A stretch of DNA of 64,000 bases from Euprymna scolopes (taxonomy: Eukaryota), in assembly GCA_053919585.1 (NCBI GenBank), contig CM132786.1; one strand, written 5' to 3'. The position numbers were made by a program, and so were the translations under genes. The notes beneath the pieces are model-generated. The model had not been told where the DNA came from and did not search any database. It saw only the letters and a program-made list of their open reading frames with translations. Shown piece by piece: positions 14,951 to 28,410 of the stretch (within the stretch, counting starts at the first letter, position 1; every line of letters starts with the position of its first letter).

Positions 14951-16016
14951 GAATATTATAACTTTTCTGTATGCTGTAAAAAAAGAGATATTAATACCTT
15001 AGGGGAAACGGAACAAGTTATTGCAAGATCGATGTAATGAATTATCTTTAAAAAAACCTAAATACATAATACTTAATCAAGAGACAATAACTGTTTGAAT
15101 TGATCTGGAAGATGTGATATTTAGAGGTCCGCTAGAACCCTCTAGGGTTAGTCTAGGAACGAGCTAATCGCACTAGGTTATTCAAACATTAAACAAACAA
15201 CAGTGCAGAATCATCCATATGAAGATTGTGTAATGAAACGGGAAAAAACTTGCACATTTCATATAACGATATCCTATGCCATCGCAACATCAAAATAGTA
15301 AATTGAAATGTAATAATGCTACTGATTAAACTGTGATGAGAAGTGACATGAGCATAGACCAGAAAAATACGTCAAAACGACATTATCATAATTCTTGAGG
15401 GCATGCGCATAAAAAATTGATAAGAATCTTGAACTTTTCATATTTCACAAATAAGAAATACAACAATTACGAATCAGAATGAACATATGTGGAATTAATA
15501 AAAACTGATTTTGCACAAAAAGGTCACTCTCTACCAGCACACATGCACTCGCTTCCCCACCATACATATATTTGCTAAATAAATGTGAACGATTCTAAAC
15601 CAAATGAATTACCATTTAATTGTTAAACATATAAATACACCACATACGCAATACAGGCTCGTCAAGTATCCATAAAAAATAAACAAATATGTACAGAATA
15701 CATTGTTTCTATCTGCTCCTGCATCTCTTGTTGAAGTGTTATTATTTGTTGATAATGTTATTATCTCAATGGGAGATACGTTAACTAATGATAAACTGTT
15801 TTTCCTACATAGCTTTTATCTAAGAATAGCGTAAAATATTATGAAAATCAAGTTAGATATCAAGAATAGTGTCAGTCTATGATACTACAGTTTATCGAGC
15901 GTATAAATAAATCAGATGCACCATGAAATAAATAAATAAATTATTTAAAATTATAGTGCTATTTTGTAAATATATGTTCCATCTTATTATCTATTACTTT
16001 ACATTATCAATGTTAC

Positions 16017-16184
16017 CTGTAAGATACCAGAAGACAAGGAAATCGTGTAGAAAAACAAAGCAAAGTCATCGGGGATAAGAAGGAATTGCTACAAACTGCG
16101 ATGGCCCAAACGAACAGTAGACACCATAGACACAGCAATAGTAGATTAAGAACAGGCGCTACATTTGCAATCCCACATCGACGC
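16017..16184 (-). other. Candidate 168-nt symmetric exon of an unidentified gene or lncRNA
   Basis: Acceptor with a T-run and ACCTTAG|G, and donor CAG|GTAACA. Length is divisible by 3. Only one frame is open (RRCGIANVAPVLNLLLLCLWCLLFVWAIAVCS..., hydrophobic). No homology recognised. Confidence 0.3.
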
Positions 16185-16797
16185 CTAAGGTAAAAAAAAA
16201 TGTTAAAACCGAATGAACCAAACGGCTCGTACTTTGAGTCAACTGTAGTCGGCATTAGTATGGTACTTATGATTACAAGAAAAGTAGAGCCCACATACTT
16301 ATTATCATTGCAGTTAGTTTGGAGACTAAACATCAATATACAATGGTCCTAATACTATGAGCCTATGTGTCAGCTCAGCCGCAAATCAAGAAATATGTGG
16401 CGATAGAAGAAATAACCTCTTAAATTGCTAGAATAAGTTAATAGATTGATAACATCGTCGCAAACGAACAGGTCACATTTCTGCACGGAGCACTATCAAT
16501 CTGTATATCTATATAGCTTTTGTGAAACAGAATTGCGCTTATACTATAAAATAATAATGACATTGCTATGACTGTGATGCATGATCGATATGTAAAGAAT
16601 ACATATTCAATATTCACATTGCATTTTAGATACGATGAAATCTNNNNNNNNNNNNNNNNNNNNNNNNNNNNNNNNNNNNNNNNNNNNNNNNNNNNNNNNN
16701 NNNNNNNNNNNNNNNNNNNNNNNNNNNNNNNNNNNNNNNNNNNNNNNNNNNNNNNNNNNNNNNNNNNNNNNNNNNNNNNNNNNNNNNNNNNNNNNNN

Positions 16798-17070
16798 TCC
16801 AAGATGTGACCATAAACTACGATCAGTATTGAGGACCCAGATTGCGGGCTTTGAGGAGTGTGGAGCCACCCTTTAATTACCATTGCTCCCAGGTCCACTC
16901 TGACCCGGAGTGGTAGTATCTGTTAGGGTCCACACTATGGGTTAAATAGAAACTGATGTTAAAACAACAAATATATTATATTAAAAAAATATTCTTCAAA
17001 ATCTGTGGATTCGGCATTAAATAACCCGAAAAGGGTTGATATGCTGTAAAACAAAAACAACCAACCAACA
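16798..17070 (+). mobile_element. SINE-like dispersed repeat (5' head probably within N-run 16644-16797)
   Basis: Core GCTCCCAGGTCCACTCTGACCCGGAGTGGTAG...GGGTCC..CTATGGGTTAAATAGAA and tail GGCATTAAATAACC...GGTTGATATGC..TAAAAC(AACC)n match a repeat I recall as abundant in octopod genomes. This is recollection, not a search result. Confidence 0.6.
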
Positions 17071-17134
17071 TGCATGCCATATATGCAAAACGGCATCGTC
17101 AAATAGACATAAAACAGACGCAAAGACGTACAGA

Positions 17135-17205
<71 letters not shown>

Positions 17206-17379
17206 GTGTATTTTTGCTTTTGTCAGCAATCTGGCCGTTTTTTTAATATTAGAATACGTCTACCTACGGGATTTCATATATGCGTCTGGGCTATTCGATA
17301 AATTATAAACGAGATAGCTTTTTACGCCTCATATTTTTACATGTTATTCAACTAGCAGTTGATGAACCCTCTTTGTTTT

Positions 17380-17700
17380 TTTGAACCTGTATAAGAAGAA
17401 GTGCTTACTTCACATATTGATTCTTGTTCCACATCATATACCATTTCAAATTCTACAGCTGAGATATGTGTAACTGTAGAATTTGCATTGTTATAGTCAA
17501 TTGCTCTTGTGGTAATTTCTGAGATGAACTATCTTTTCAAAATATTTATCATAAAGTCTAAAATTCCATTATCTGTACATTCTTAGGATAGTTGGTATGT
17601 CTGTCAAAATTATCATAAAATAACATTTCCTTTTTGTCAAAGTAGAGTATGAAGTATTGGATATCCATGGTTCTGTATGATAGTATCTATTTTTATTTCG
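17380..17700 (-). mobile_element. Possible decayed Penelope-like fragment
   Basis: Minus-strand frame reads IIQNHGYP ... MVYDV...C...SYTG, matching the order of the PLE NGYP and GIY...C..YIG motifs. Several stops. Confidence 0.35.
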
Positions 17701-18849
17701 GCTGGTTACTTTTTCAAGTTAAATTCGAAATAATATCTCCTGTCGGTAAAACTGTAGTGGGCGTATCTTAAGGACTGATACTAAGTTTGGCAGACACCAT
17801 CGGAAAACGATTACCTCTTCTCGAAATCTCAACAAGTTAAAAATGGCTTTTAATGTCCGGCACTGGAGGCTAGTTGTTCAAATTTGATTACGACGTCAAA
17901 CAATTCCAAAATAAAATTATGAATGACAGAAAAACGATATTTCCCCTTTAGCAATGACTGACGCAAATTGTGTCTAACTAGTGTTGTGCGTATTTACTAA
18001 GTAGAACAAAATATCATATATTTTTATTTCCCTGTTTAGTTCTTTAGTTTTATTAGAGTGTTTATGAGAGTGTTCTGTTACTAGTCATGCTAGTAGTTCG
18101 GATAGCACTATTTATTAATAGTTATTAATTATTAGTAAGCGTTAAGTATACACAGGGACGGATCCGGTAACAAATAAACACGAAGAAATTATGATGTTCT
18201 AGTATGCAATATATAAAGACAGAAGATGGGTGCGGACCTAGATGATCTGAGTAGTGATTTCAAATGTAGGAAGATATATTGTAATTCTGCAAAAAACATG
18301 TAACTATTTCCATATATAGTATATAATAGATAATGTTGTTAAATTTTATATGGCGTTAATCTAGTCGAATAGGGGCTAAGTTTGAATATATTGTGTCATT
18401 ACATATAGGATAACACGACATCTAGCAATAAAGATAGCAGCCTCTGCCTCTTAGGTTATTGAGAAGCTTTGATTCGATTAAATGTTTTGAAAAAAAAAAC
18501 TCTTTCTAATATTCCAGTCATTAGCGGTTTCTTTCTCTGGCTGAGTAACAAATAAAAAATTATTTTACGTAAATTGTTTCACACTGTGGGTCAAACTACA
18601 TTCCTTATCTAATCGCCACAGTATTATATCTTTTAAAAACGTTTCCCGAAATGTGTTTCGAAAAACATTACCATGGAGTCACAACCTATCAAGGCCATTA
18701 GGCGACTCACGAATAAAAGTTTAGTAGTGTTGATAGTGACCGAGAAAAACATCGTTGTATTCGTTAGTAGTGAGACTATTGTATAATTTTATTTTTAAGG
18801 AGACCGATCAACAAGAACTGGTTTACATTTAAGACGAGGAGACCGTATT

Positions 18850-19400
18850 GTAGTCAACGGGAAAACAGTTAATCATTCGACTAAGGACAGTTCTAGGAAA
18901 GCATCGTTGTTCAGAGAATGAAACTTTAGATTTTGACACAGTTATAGAGTGGAGAAAATATTTGTAGTTGCACTTTCTAAACGAGTGTTCTATGTGAAAG
19001 CTTGAAAGGAAAGGGCCAAGAATTGGATCTCTGTTGAGCACTTGTCATGAAAATTACGTCAGTGTAGAGTAACTCTTGCAACCTCTTTTCTGTGAAAAAG
19101 TGATTGCAAAAAAAAGCTACAAAACATGATCGCCTACTAGATTTCGAAGCGAATTTGCAACTCGTTTAAAGCAGAACTGATCGTCCATACAGCTCTTATC
19201 TAGATGTTGAAAACGTGCTCAATTCTTCCACGTTAAGAAATGTTGGTTAGCTACTGGAGCAGTGGAGTGATACAACTATTTTCCAGTTAAATTGGTAAAG
19301 GATTTGATGTATGTGCTCTTTTAGTCCAGGAGTGAAGGTTAATTCAAAAGCTTCTAAAAGCATATTACATTCTCAAGATGCGAGCCATTCATTGAAATTA
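18850..19400 (+). mobile_element. Very decayed CR1/L2-group LINE fragment
   Basis: Residual ARIGSL and related motifs of the same family as 55414-56480. Confidence 0.35.
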
Positions 19401-20074
19401 GGACGTTTTACAGGTATTTTTCGCATATTGCTCTTAAAACTGAAGATGAGAAGAGAGAAATTCAGAAAGACCTTTCATTTCCAGCCTTTAAATTATTGCA
19501 GGAGCTGTTAGGGTCGTCTGCATAAATGTCTAGATAATTATATGAGAATGTGATTATGGAAATAATTGATGAAGACATGTGAACTCGTAAAGACAATGAT
19601 GAAACCCTGAGAGGCGTTAGGGTCTATAATATGAGTTTCTTATTTCTGTTCCTCAACGAGTATTCGTATAAACGTATTAGAGAAAAACGATTAATTTTAA
19701 AGAGGGCATTTCGAGTATATCCGTAGCAGCCCATTTTTTTTAAGCATATCATTATGCAATGCGCTATTACAAGCTTTCTAAGTGTATGTTACACACGTTT
19801 TGGGAATATTTGTGTAATGTAAGCTCATAAAAGTACTTGTTTTATTTAATGTCTTTTTAACACCCTTAAATATAAAAAAACACCTTTATTTGTTAATGCC
19901 ATGGTCAATTGTTTATTAGAAAAAAATGTGACGTAAATTTTTAATGATCGTAAATAAATTTTAAAAAATATTATTTAATAAAAATAATTTCAATACATTT
20001 TATGTGCAGTTGGATGTATATTTTAACCTACTGATCTTTAGTTAATAGGTTTTGGAGAATGAAGATGGAAATTA

Positions 20075-21085
20075 TAAGTTATTTACTACTAGCCAGTGTC
20101 GGACGGAGGCAGATCATAACACTTATAATTTATTTATCGCCAGAACGTGTTGTATAAGTGCAGGTCACAATACTAATAAGCTAGCATGTGTTTGATAGGT
20201 GTAGATCCAAATAATAACAAGTTAGTTATAGCCAGCCAGTGTTTGGTCGGTACAGATCATAATAATGAGTTGTTTTTTGTAAGATACTCTTTCTGCTCGA
20301 TACAGATAACACAGTTAAGTCTGTTGTCCCAAATCACTCTCGCCTGTGCGCAGATCACATTACTCATCAGTTAGTTATCGCCAGACAGTATTTGGTTAAT
20401 GCAGATCACAATACAAATAAGTTGATAACCGCCAGCTAGTTTAGTCGGTGAAAATCACAATATTAATAAGTTACTTTACGCAAGCTAGTGCCCGGTCGGT
20501 GGAAATCACAATGCTAATCAGTTTATTATTTCCAGCCAAAGTATGGTAGGTGCAGATCACAATTATAATTTAGTTATCGCTAGCAAGTATCTTGTCGGTG
20601 CAAATAACAATACTGTGACTTATCGCTAACCAGTGTATTGTTGGCGAACATAAAAATAATGTACATAATCGCCAGTCATCGTCTGGTCGGCGCGAATCAC
20701 AGAACTGATAAGTTATTTATCGTTTACCAGTGTCTGGGGCGTAAAAATAACAATGGTAATAATTTAGTAATCGGCAGCCAGTATTTGGCCGAGGCAGATT
20801 ACAATATCATGAGTTAGTTGTCAGTAACTAGTGTTTGGTGTGTGCAGGGCAATACGTGCAAGTTATTTATTGCCAGCCAGTGTCTACTCGGCACATATCA
20901 CAATACTATTACTTTACTTATACTTAACCTCTGTCTGATCGGCATATATCAATACTAGTATGTTATTTATCGACAGGCAATGCCTGGTAATCGAGGATTA
21001 CAATACTAATGAGTTAGATATCTTAAATCAATCGTTAGTTAGAGAAGTTAATAACACTTATAAGTAACACCTCGTAAGCCAGTCA
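20075..21085. repeat. Diverged minisatellite, ~52-bp unit, roughly 19 copies
   Basis: Approximate consensus AGTTATTTATCGCCAGCCAGTGTCTGGTCGGTGCAGATCACAATACTAATA, recurring throughout. Confidence 0.9.
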
Positions 21086-21696
21086 TGAAAAAAATTCATT
21101 CTGTTGAATTCTATATTTACATATTATTTCTTTATTGTTCAATATTAATTATTTGCCTTATGATTATGAATAGAAAAATATTATTATTTTAAACATTTAT
21201 ATTGGTTAATTATTCGAATTTAAATATTACTCCATGTCAATGTAATATAAGATGTTGATATCATATATCTTATTAATTTAAAAATATATTCATTTTGGTA
21301 ATTCTAAAACTCAACTGACGAGTTTTTATCAGTATTTGAAAAATGAATATATTCTTCCTGATTTAGAAAGACTCGTTTTATATATTCAGGTTATCATTTA
21401 GATTGAGACTTCACATTTTTATCTGTATGTGCATGTCGTTTGATAGTATTTTATGGAAACATATTTTTCAGTGAACAACACAGTCGTTTTTACGTTTTTT
21501 TTTTCATATTTAAAATGTCTTTGTAAATTCCTTCAAATGTTAATATGATGGATTATATCTCATAATTAGATGAAATGTCGTTTCAAGTAATCATTTTTAT
21601 TGATTAAATAGAAAGGATTTTGTATCTCCATTTTAAAATCTTCATTTAATTCTGCTTCATAAATAAAATAAGTATGTTTTATTAATATAAATATAT

Positions 21697-22300
21697 AGAA
21701 TGAGAGTTTAGTAGAAACGTTGTTTAAATTTGAATAAAATAAAATACGCACAAATTGCGCTTGAAACCAAATAACAACGTATTATTAGGAAAATAAACAA
21801 ATATTTTACTTGTTTGAAATTCATCACAAATATATTCCGGAGATAGACCCCATCTACCGTGTGATGTTTTGTTTCTGTTTTTCCCTCTTTTCTTCTGGAA
21901 ATATATTTGTGATAAATTTCCTTAACTTGTGATTTGGTTTTCCAGCGCACAGGATGCGTATTTTATTTTATTCAACTTTAAACAAAGATTCTATTGAACT
22001 CTCATTCTTGAGGTTATTCTCGTGTTACCTCCCCACAGTTCAAGCATTTCAAAATACAACCGCCAGTTACAACGTGCCGCTCTATACAAACATACTTCCA
22101 AATTTACAACATGGCAAGGAAGAAGAAACGAAAAAACAACAGAAACAAAACAACACACCAATATGAGGTCTACCTCCGAAATATATTTGTGATAAATTTC
22201 AAACAAGTAAAATGTTTGTTTAGTTTCCTGATATTACGTTGTGATTTGGTTTCAAGCGCACTTGATGCGTATTTTTTATTAATAATATAAACATTGTTTT
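21697..22300. repeat. Foldback structure: unit A (21697-21895) followed by two inverted copies (21895-22010 internally deleted; 22120-22300)
   Basis: GCGCTTGAAACCAAAT...TTGTTTGAAATTCATCACAAATATATT is reverse-complemented at 22180-22260 (AATATATTTGTGATAAATTTCAAACAA...ATTTGGTTTCAAGCGC) and at 21899-21950. Confidence 0.85.
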
Positions 22301-22396
22301 TTCTTCAAAAACGAAGACACATTTTAAGCTAGTACATAGTTATTATGAAGGAAAGGATGCAATAATTCAGCAGTATAAGTTACAATTTATAAAATA

Positions 22397-23602
22397 CTAG
22401 CGGGGGTGTACCCGGCGTTGCCGGGGGTTTGTAGGTGTGTGTAGTGGGGGATAAGTAATAACCCTGAAACGATCGGAAAAACCAAAACAAAAACAAAAAG
22501 CGAAAAAAAAACAGCTGTGTGTATAGGGGGGGAGTAAACTAAAGAATAAGCGAAATAAAAAAACATAAAGAAACGTTGCCCGCGTGTCTAAAGATGTAAA
22601 AGAAAAAATAGTTTCGGTCGTGAGGCTGGATTGAACCCGGGAGCTTTGACGCGAAAGTAAAACAAACTCCAACGACTTAACCAGGTAGGCCAAGATTAAG
22701 AGGAATTTATTATAGTGTTAAAATAAGGGTTATAAAGCGAGTAAAAGAGGTTTGATTGACATATAGCCACTAAATGAGGTAATCGCGGGCGCGTTACGAG
22801 ATGACGTCGCAGTATTTTATTTTTTTACGTCACATTAGCGTTTATTAAATTACGTATTTCGTGTTCTGTCTAGACATCTCTCTCTATCTGCCTCTCTCTC
22901 TCTTTTTGTGTTTGTGTATGTCTCTCTGTCTCTCTCACTTCGTCTTCCTTACTGTAAAACTGTTACTAAAAAAGAAAACGGCGTTTGGCTTTTTTTTTTT
23001 TTTGTAAAAACTTCGATCGTTAATATTTTTGTAGGTCATTTTTTTTTTACTTCACATTTTTGGCTTGTAATTTTTCGTTTAATTATCGTATCTAACTATT
23101 TTTAATGTGCTAATAACTTTGGTAACGTTGTGATCGCGTAGAAGTTCATAGTTTAGCTTGTGTGAGGGTTATATTTTTTTACCGATAACAACAATTTTAA
23201 AATTTAAAATCCATACTGCCATTAGAGCTTGCTGACGTCAAAATCACGTGACATGACTGAACGGGTTTTAACAAGTTGACCCAAAATAAACGGCCCGTGT
23301 ATAATTTATGTAGAAGAGTTGGCGCCCGTATTTTTGGGGACAGTTATAAATCGATTAAAAATATGTAATATTTAACATTAAAATGCCACTTTTTAGGGGC
23401 CCTCCCCTGCAGAAAATCGATAAGTAGACGTATTTCTGATAGTCGTTTTTGGCTAATTTTTCGATATTTGTCGTCCGGAGGGTGCGGCTTTAATATGATA
23501 CCAAGTTTGTGAATGTTTGTTCCGTCGGTCAAAAGTTCTTAGCAGACACACCAACATACATACATACATACATACATACATTTCCGTTTTTACACATATA
23601 GA
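22397..23602 (-). mobile_element. Non-autonomous Helitron (~1.2 kb)
   Basis: Minus strand begins A|TCTATATG and ends CTAG|T. Subterminal GC hairpin CCCGGC-GTT-GCCGGG at 22411-22425. (CATA)n near the 5' end. Inserted in an AT dinucleotide without TSD. Confidence 0.85.
22615..22695 (-). other. tRNA-like segment (Pol III A and B boxes) inside the Helitron
   Basis: Minus strand has TGGCCTACCTGG (A box, 22692-22681) and GGTTCAATCC (B box, 22637-22628) at tRNA-like spacing. No complete cloverleaf. Confidence 0.55.
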
Positions 23603-24882
23603 TAAGAGGAATTTATATTCAGTTACTGTTTATTATTGGTTGGATTGAGTCAATGAATCAATATAATATGTCTTTACACAAAGACTCTGTATAGTATTCA
23701 AAGATGATATCAAATTCAAATTCAAAGCTGATATCAAACCCAAATTCCAAGCTGATATACAACACAAAAATATTGCCTTATAGTCTATGGATACTAATAC
23801 TGCAAATTTACAGGCAATATTAATTTAAAAGAGAACTATTATAATGAGAGTAATGCCAGAATAAGTCATGTAATGATAACCACCAAATCCTAGGACATCA
23901 ATTTCAACATTGTAACAATAACCATAACATTTTAATGTTCATATATTTTAAATAATAATAATAATAATGACAACTTATATTACAAATGCAGACATAGCTG
24001 TTCATAATAAGTTTATAATATTTATGCCATGAAGTATATATTTTAGCAAGTGGTGTCACCTCATCTGCCAATATTCTGCAATTTTAGTTATTTTTTAACC
24101 TCATCCCACAAATCGCCTTTCTTAATGATTCGTTTCATTTTATTACCACTATGAAAAATTCCAATTTTTTTACATTTTCCATGTTTCAATCATGCCAAAT
24201 TATCAGATTATCAAGAAAAGATAGTCACATAAGTAATACTAAACATTTACAAGTCAGATTGTTTACATTCTGATCTCGAGAAAAAAAGTGAGACGTCACA
24301 ATATTTCTACAGCTTGTAAATATATATCTCATGTCGTGCTATGTATTTGTATACAAAAAATATTTCTTTTTAATACATGCTCTGACCAGAACTTATATTG
24401 CACTAATTATTCTATTAAAGACAATTCTATGATTGGCATATCAAGGTATGTTTTCAACTACTGTGGTATTTCCATGGCTTCTGCTCGCTATTATTGTTAT
24501 TGTTATTGTTATTATGGTTAGTACTGGTGAAATTTATATTGTTATTATTATTGCTTTTCTTCTTCAATAAGCTTAGTATCTTGCGTTCTATGTGAAATGA
24601 TCTTATATTTTTGTGTTTATTGATCGTTGTATTAATATAAAACAATTATCATGTTGTATTATCCATCATTTGTTACAAGTTGGTTTTGGCAATCATTTTT
24701 TGTCACTTTCTTCGAATCCCGAATCAACACTGAGCAACGAGTAGGTTTGTTGGCATATAAAATACGTCTTATATAAAAATAGTGCTTAAAACATTTCGAA
24801 TAGAGGAATTAATTTAATTAATATAAATGTATAAGATCTATATAACTATGCTACTATATATATGTGGGTATATATGTATATA

Positions 24883-24920
<38 letters not shown>

Positions 24921-26755
24921 AATTGTTGAAAAATAGAATCATAAATTTTTTGTATTATATTAGTTCTAATATTTTACTGTTTGACTCATTTTTTCACATT
25001 AGTNNNNNNNNNNNNNNNNNNNNNNNNNNNNNNNNNNNNNNNNNNNNNNNNNNNNNNNNNNNNNNNNNNNNNNNNNNNNNNNNNNNNNNNNNNNNNNNNN
25101 NNNNNNNNNNNNNNNNNNNNNNNNNNNNNNNNNNNNNNNNNNTTGTGTTTCTTTTGTTTTTATATTCACATAATCTGCTAAATATGTCTTACCGAGGGAA
25201 AATTCCCCTTTATTGTCACATATCGTCAGTGAGCTTTATGAAGGGGATAAAAAACACAAACAAAATATTGAACTATAAATCAAAGCCAGCTGACATATAT
25301 TACTGTTCAAGGCTAATATTGTCTGCATTCAACCCAGGGGACATGCTCACAATCCGCTCTATTTCGTTGTTCTCGCCTGCTTTGCTCGTGATTGACGATA
25401 TGGAACACCGATTGATCCGTAGATTAATTTTAGATTGCATTCGTTGAGGAAGCATGCGTGTCGTTCTCCTACAATGGCGAGGAAACATCTACTGCATTGT
25501 ACATTTAAATATTCTTGTTTTACCGTAGGGGCAGAGAGAGATATAGATGTAGAGAGAGAGAGAGAGAAAGAAAGAGATACAGAGACAGAGACAAAGAAAG
25601 AGAGAGAAACTCGGATTTCAATGCTAGAAAATATTACGTGTAGGAGAAGTTGGCATTCATTGATGAATGACCAAGAAAAGGTGTTATCGGAGTAGATACT
25701 ACATAATGTTCTTAGATAAATCTGATATTATATTTAAAGTCTTTGGTTTGACATTTCAACTGACTTTGGATCATTAAATGCATGAAAAAATATACGTTTT
25801 CTTAAACAAAATCTGCCGTTATTTAACTATCGTGTTTAGTAAATCAGTAATATAGATAAACATTTAACTGGTATAAGATATATTTCTCTGGAAGTACAAT
25901 TCTTATTTTTTTTGCAAAATATTACGAATAGTATAATGGCATAAGAAACGAGGACAAACTACCGCGTTTCATACGTGTATTTTTATAAACAAAATTATGT
26001 ACATAATTCGACATACATATTACCGAGTTCGACGAAAATAAACTTAAGTTCAGAGATTACGTTTCCTGATGAGTCCGAGGAAGATATTCCTGATCACAGC
26101 AGCTATTCGAATAATCTTGTAAAAATTACATTTATACTTTTTCCCTAGAACTCACCCCTTATTTAAATAGTAATGGCGTGTGAAATCTTATTTGGGTTCT
26201 CGCCACCGTCAAACTAAGTAACTCACTTACGTGAATGTATGTTGGTTAATTCCAATAAATCTCTCATATGGGTGTTTGTTATTTGGTAGTTTTTCATTGG
26301 TTCAAAAAATATAACTTCTTTAAATCGCAAAATAATTGGAAGCATACTGAGAGTATGCTTTACTATTACTCTATCAGTTTAGATTTTAATTTGAATGAAT
26401 TTAGTATTGATTCGATGATGATGCTTTGATGAGCAGCTTTACATTCATTACCAGGTTTATGACTTATAAAGTGGCATAAATTAAATGCGATTCATTTATG
26501 AATTCGGAAAAAAAATCACAGTTCGTTTAAAAGGAAATAATAACTAAAGGTATGTTCTAAGCGTGGACTGTAAACCAAGTTACAATTATCAATATGAAGT
26601 CGTATTTTTAATTGCCATACAATATAATGCCGCGCACAATGAAATACTCTACATTAAAAGCACATGTGAAAATATTTTATTTTTTATGTAATTGCATTTT
26701 ACAACTCAGTAATAAGATTAGTATTGCTGACATGCACTTTATTTTTGAGATTATA

Positions 26756-27451
26756 CTAGCGGGGGTACCCCGCTTTGCCTGGGTGATTCGAGGTGTGTGT
26801 TTGTGCGTGTCGAGGGGTAAATCAGATCAAAATCAAAAATGAAGAATAAGCGAACGCACGTATCCTGTTAAAATATTAGAAACACGAAACAAAAATAAAC
26901 AGTAAACGTGATGTAAAAAAAAGGAGCGCACAATGTTATAACTTCCTTAAAACATTGGAAAAAAAAACAGTGAACGCGATGGAAAAATAAAAAAGAAAGG
27001 AAAAAGACATAATAACCCTGATTCAATATTCAATTTTTTAAATCGAAAACAAAAAACCAAAATTATCTGACATCTCGCCTTGAAGATACAATCTTAAGCT
27101 AACGACGCTGCTATTATAGCGACTTGTCTATGACCGCGTGAGTTAAATGAGGTCGGTTTTGTTTTATATTTTAGCTAATTCAAGAAATAACGTTTTTGCG
27201 CATGCATGCATTGCTAAAATGCCATGAAAGAACGATGTTTTGCTAATCCTCCCTGTAGAAACGTGCCTAGTTGGTGGTGAAGTAATTAATGTTTTAGCCA
27301 CTTTTTCGATATTATCCTTTTACTAGTCAAACTTTAAAATGATGCCGATCTCGTAAAAATCCTATCGCATCTCTGGAAATTTTTGCGGTACATACAAACA
27401 TACATACATACATAGATTTAAACAGAGTTTTGCCTGTTATATTATAGAAGA
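26756..27451 (-). mobile_element. Non-autonomous Helitron (~0.7 kb), related to 22397-23602
   Basis: Same left terminus ATACTAGCGGGGGT with a GC hairpin, (CATA)n, and a right end reading A|TCTTCTATAATATAA on the minus strand. A partial copy of its interior follows at ~27500-27700. Confidence 0.8.
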
Positions 27452-28019
27452 TGATAAAGAAATTCTTATTTCATTCTACTTGGAAAAACACACTTTGAAA
27501 AATATTTTAAGGTAAAACCGGAAAAACAAAAACAATAGAAACGGCGAATGTGAGGGAAAATAAAACAAAACGAAAGAAAAAATGCCATAAATAACGCTGT
27601 TTCAATATTAAAACTTTAAAAATCGAAAAAATATTTGATATCTCGGCTCGGACGTGAAATCTTAAGTTAACGACGTTGCTAGGGTTGTTCATGTTCTTGC
27701 CGGTTTTTATTAGAATGTAAATATATTCAAGTAATGTTATCTATCGGTGCAGCTAGGTGTGGGATAGACAACGTTTTCACCGCCCCCAACAAGACACATA
27801 ACGATCACCAGACAACGTGATCAACTCTAGCAACGACGATATCACCCAACCTGAGCACAAATATTTTTTCAAAACGCAATGATAGTCCCTCAATTATGAA
27901 TCGAGATTCCGTGTCTGTAAATGTGAACCCAGCATCAAACGTCTTTCCTCTAAGACATACAAAACATCTTGTACGTTAGAGTAATGTAAAATAACATATA
28001 ATAATTTTCCTAGATACTC

Positions 28020-28410
28020 TAGCAGTCTAAATAAATTCTTGTAATGGTAGCTCTTATAATGAAGGGATCACGAATAAGATATGATAGAGCATATTAAAGG
28101 AGACACTTGACTAAAATAACCTTACGATTATTACAAACACATCATCTGACAAGGAGGGAGATTCATGATTGAGAAAATGTCGGATTATAATGGTGGTAAA
28201 CATGCTATTAAAATGCTTATGTAGAAAACCTACGATAATGATATTCCAAATTTAAACCCAGCTGATCCACGAAAAAATATTTCAAATTCTAGCTTTATAG
28301 ACCGCAATATTCCCAAACATTTTCTAGGATAATTTTAAAATCCTAACAAAGATGTGTCCATTTAAACATAACATTTAGCGATTAATTAAACTGAACATTT
28401 TGTTTGAGCA
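28020..28410 (+). mobile_element. Possible decayed GIY-YIG region of a Penelope-like element
   Basis: INSCNGSSY...ILKE...DNFKILTK follows the C..SYIG.T...RIKEH...NFKIL order. Many stops. Confidence 0.3.

Noticed and set aside
19460-19650. Possible PIF/Harbinger transposase remnant (MSR..YE...KD)
   Set aside because: Too short and decayed to support without a profile search.
20075-21085. CRISPR-like periodicity
   Set aside because: The whole unit is repeated with diffuse divergence, with no unique spacers and no cas genes, in a eukaryotic context.
26060-26100. CTGATGAGTCCGAGGAAGATA resembles the textbook hammerhead CUGAUGAGUCC..GGACGAAA
   Set aside because: GAAA is GATA, stem II is mismatched, and there are no convincing stem I/III partners. 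It also reads as acidic coding (PDESEEDIPD), as in a decayed transposase N-terminus.
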